This document shows positions 62,701 through 64,000 of a stretch of DNA of 64,000 nucleotides, in pieces. The number at the start of each line of letters is the position of its first letter. The first letter of the stretch is position 1. The notes beneath the pieces are model-generated. The model worked only from the letters and a program-made list of their open reading frames with translations, did not search any database and was not told where the DNA came from. The DNA lies in IMG/VR virus record IMGVR_UViG_3300037313_000197, positions 62,891-126,890 of that record; one strand, 5' to 3'. The stretch comes from a virus. The position numbers were made by a program, and so were the translations under genes.

Positions 62701-63028
62701 TGAGCCTGTTAAGCGTCTTAAGACCCTCGTCATTTTGCGCGAGTAGTGTGATGTGGTTGTAAATGCTCGTGCCGTCCTCGCGCTTTGCATTGGCACGGCG
62801 GTCGTGTCGGTCGGTAGCAGAGACGTATCCCTCCATACCAAGAATAGGAATGATTCCTGTTTCCTTACCGGCGATCTGAGCATCACGGTGACCAGAGAGA
62901 GTTCCATGGTCGGTAATCGAGAAGTGGGTCATGCCCAATTCCTTTGCACGCTGCATGTATTCCAGCGGCGAGTTTAGTCCATCTAGAGGACTGTAGTAGG
63001 TGTGGCAGTGTAGCGGTTGGTATAGCAT
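59726..63028 (-). CDS. dnaE: DNA polymerase III alpha subunit
   Basis: PHP domain LHCHT.YS.LDG, TDHG; GRGSGAGSLVAY, PDFDIDF, HAAG, KMDFLGL, LYQEQ, YSFNKSHA. Confidence 0.96.
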   Translation of the reverse strand: MLYQPLHCHTYYSPLDGLNSPLEYMQRAKELGMTHFSITDHGTLSGHRDAQIAGKETGIIPILGMEGYVSATDRHDRRANAKREDGTSIYNHITLLAQNDEGLKTLNRLNEAAWTEGYYFKPRIDTELLEADNKGIIVLSGCMSGLVAKAILNGDVDTAEQWAVRYKNMLGDNYYIEVMSSNEPALNHELLRIADKYGIRPVMTSDCHYAKPEDLWVEEAMLILATNPKKDHSADLAKAKKMDLLDRFDYLYPNRTMTFRDIEIYLRDGKTEREKFLAQGIDRTDIYENTFRIAESVGEYPFYAGLDLLPNPETGDPNQILRAKAEAGLRRLGLDKSQPHIDRLNEELAIIIPKDFATYFLICADSVQWAKENNIRVGPGRGSGAGSLVAYALGITDLDPLEFGLLFFRFIDPARDDYPDFDIDFADRGREQVKEYVRRKYGHVASIATFNSFKGKSSIKDAARALGIPVAEANKTTKNMPDLDGDEFFDEFEKSEAGKVFMKAHPEVLPLAKALHGKLRGGGIHAAGLVLSKEPLERYAPIETAKNPSDPNGPRIKYVAVDMNTAADIGLIKMDFLGLKTLSVIQDTLDEIAKRHGKRIDLNTIDYNDRKVYDMLSNGYTKGVFQCEAVPYTNLILKMGGVWSFDELSASNALVRPGAINTIGAEYIARKDGKAMVEFAHADARWFTEDTYGEVLYQEQVMLMMTELAGMSMSDANKVRKIIGKKKDPAEFEKYRQAWMDGATKKISDAKAAKLWTDFEAHAGYSFNKSHAVAYSKLSFQTAWLKHYYPLEFMASVLKNEKDKDFITDYLIETKRLGIRVLLPHVNESDLKIAIQGDAIRLGLTNIKYIRDKVGAAIMQNRPFANYAELEEKTMERGSGMNSRMLMAMNAVGAACFPDNPKRGNERDNFYEYLQIPAFEKKDLEPRVKFKFRPLDEYTDNEVFPVLAMVRGIKRGDGWARLEILDESGSAGVFVDPETSIETGQMYAMLVANNRVARYMTMDELDNNVNTEFSKWLRDDIPEMNEGEYRVISYKTYVTKAGKKMGHMVLLDHLGMMHFVMAFPMQYKESFVKCTVGRVVKLELKETSEGGSLFLDKILK

Positions 63029-63349
63029 TTATCTCCTAGGTGTTTTGCGACGCAGCCTAGCAAGCGTCATATCTCTAACATATTGCATCGTAACAAGTCG
63101 TAGGTTTGCATTCCTACCGGCCTTTCTGTGAAGGCGATGCACCTGCACATGGCATGGGTTACAAAGGCTAATCAAGTCACTCATCGGCTCGTTTCCGAAG
63201 TTGTCATATGACATATGATGAATCTTGATATTCTGTGTCGAGCGGCACGCCTTGCAATACCGGCCCCGAGAAGCGAAATACATTTCTCGCTTAATCTTCC
63301 ATCGCTCAGATGCGATGTAGTTATGATATTCTTCTGAAAGTCTTCTCAT
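63029..63349 (-). CDS. HNH endonuclease
   Basis: CKAC..IHHMSY..LISLCNPCHVQVH. Confidence 0.85.
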   Translation of the reverse strand: MRRLSEEYHNYIASERWKIKREMYFASRGRYCKACRSTQNIKIHHMSYDNFGNEPMSDLISLCNPCHVQVHRLHRKAGRNANLRLVTMQYVRDMTLARLRRKTPRR

Positions 63350-63358
63350 AAAGAAGAA

Positions 63359-63384
63359 GGCGGGAAGCCTTTCGACTCCCCGCC
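63359..63384 (-). terminator. Intrinsic terminator
   Basis: GGCGGG/CCCGCC stem followed by TTCTTCTTT. Confidence 0.6.
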
Positions 63385-63391
63385 ATTCTAC

Positions 63392-64000
63392 TCACCACTC
63401 TTCGCTAGAGTCAACCTTGCCAGCGGAAACACCCGAAGTCTCGCCATCGCCAGAGTCCGAAGGACGCTCAGCGGTAACCGAGTAGTGTGCCTCCTGCTCC
63501 TCGTAAGGAACGTTTCGAACGCACTTGTCAAGATCAAACAACTTGTCCGTGTAGTCCTTAGGATCAATGTCATCCTTAGGCTGACCGGGACGTGGGAAGT
63601 ACTTGGTTTCTGCCTTCTGTCCGGTACGCTTGATCTTCCACCAGCGATCCGTGATAGTTCCCTCGTCAATTGCGTAATCTAGAACTAGAGGCGCAATGTC
63701 AGACTTTGAACCGTTAGCCTGTGACATAACGAGAACCTTCTCTTCACCCTTAGGTGTACGAACAAGAACATTCACGTAAAGACGGCTCTTAGCCTTCCAA
63801 CCACCACCGCGGACCTTGTCGCCAGCAGCATATGCTAGACGTGACTGCTCACAACCATAGCATGCTCCATCCTCAGCCGTGCAAACAGCCTTCTTGCGGA
63901 AATCGTCAGGATTGGAGTGCTCGGTGGCGAAAAAGCCTAGACCGTTATCGGCAACATAACCTGCGCCGCTCTCGTCCAACTCCTGTAGGAAGCGAATCTC
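63392..64000 (-). CDS. Single-stranded DNA-binding protein, gp32-like (5' end outside the window)
   Basis: Frame open to the window edge; C..CYGC Zn site, YVNVLV, IKRTG..T.Y, acidic C-terminal tail DSSEEW; next to dnaE. Confidence 0.7.
   Translation of the reverse strand, partial: EIRFLQELDESGAGYVADNGLGFFATEHSNPDDFRKKAVCTAEDGACYGCEQSRLAYAAGDKVRGGGWKAKSRLYVNVLVRTPKGEEKVLVMSQANGSKSDIAPLVLDYAIDEGTITDRWWKIKRTGQKAETKYFPRPGQPKDDIDPKDYTDKLFDLDKCVRNVPYEEQEAHYSVTAERPSDSGDGETSGVSAGKVDSSEEW

Larger units (their letters stand above)
1238..63265 (-). repeat. Dispersed over-represented heptamer GCCGGTR (and GCCCGGTR)
   Basis: Manual tally of about 75 ACCGGC on the + strand, mostly preceded by C or T, versus about 23 GCCGGT. 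Confidence 0.6.

Noticed and set aside
47417-63028. Inteins or introns in terL, recA or dnaE
   Set aside because: Lengths are normal, frames are uninterrupted, and no C/S..HN intein ends or LAGLIDADG blocks were seen.
60-63682. Plus-strand ORFs in the track (for example 9720-10643, 26648-27424, 30863-31489)
   Set aside because: They are antisense shadows of well-supported minus-strand genes, with no motifs or RBS.

Overview
64 kb segment of a large, roughly 48% GC lytic phage of Actinobacteria. The WhiB gene, the tmRNA tag ending DYALAA and the gene order DnaE-MazG-RecA-Cas4-RuvC-glycosyltransferase-dNMP kinase-terminase point, by inference, to a Streptomyces cluster BE/BK-like siphovirus. 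All convincing genes are on the minus strand. Right third: replication, recombination and packaging (SSB, DnaE, MazG, RecA, Cas4-like, RuvC, SLOG, MTase plus GT2, dNMP kinase, 5'-nucleotidase, terminase). Left two thirds: an accessory region with 35 tRNAs that have readable anticodons (19 amino acids, no His), a compact tmRNA, RNA repair and translation-rescue genes (PNK, Rnl1, Rnl2, Pth2, Thg1), a Prs-like plus Nampt-like NAD+ pair, rIIA/rIIB, about 10 HNH or EndoVII genes and many small membrane proteins, driven by many TTGAC-17/18-TAnnnT promoters. Most unusual signals: (1) a ~520-nt ORF-free, densely helical RNA ending in ACCA flush against tRNA-Arg; (2) a tandem array of CCA-ended tRNA-shaped RNAs with broken anticodon loops, plus a second pair near the large RNA; (3) two Lys-anticodon tRNAs on class II long-variable-arm scaffolds; (4) a strand-biased heptamer GCCGGTR enriched several-fold in all three reading frames. 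All RNA calls and counts were made by hand, so ends may be off by a few nt.
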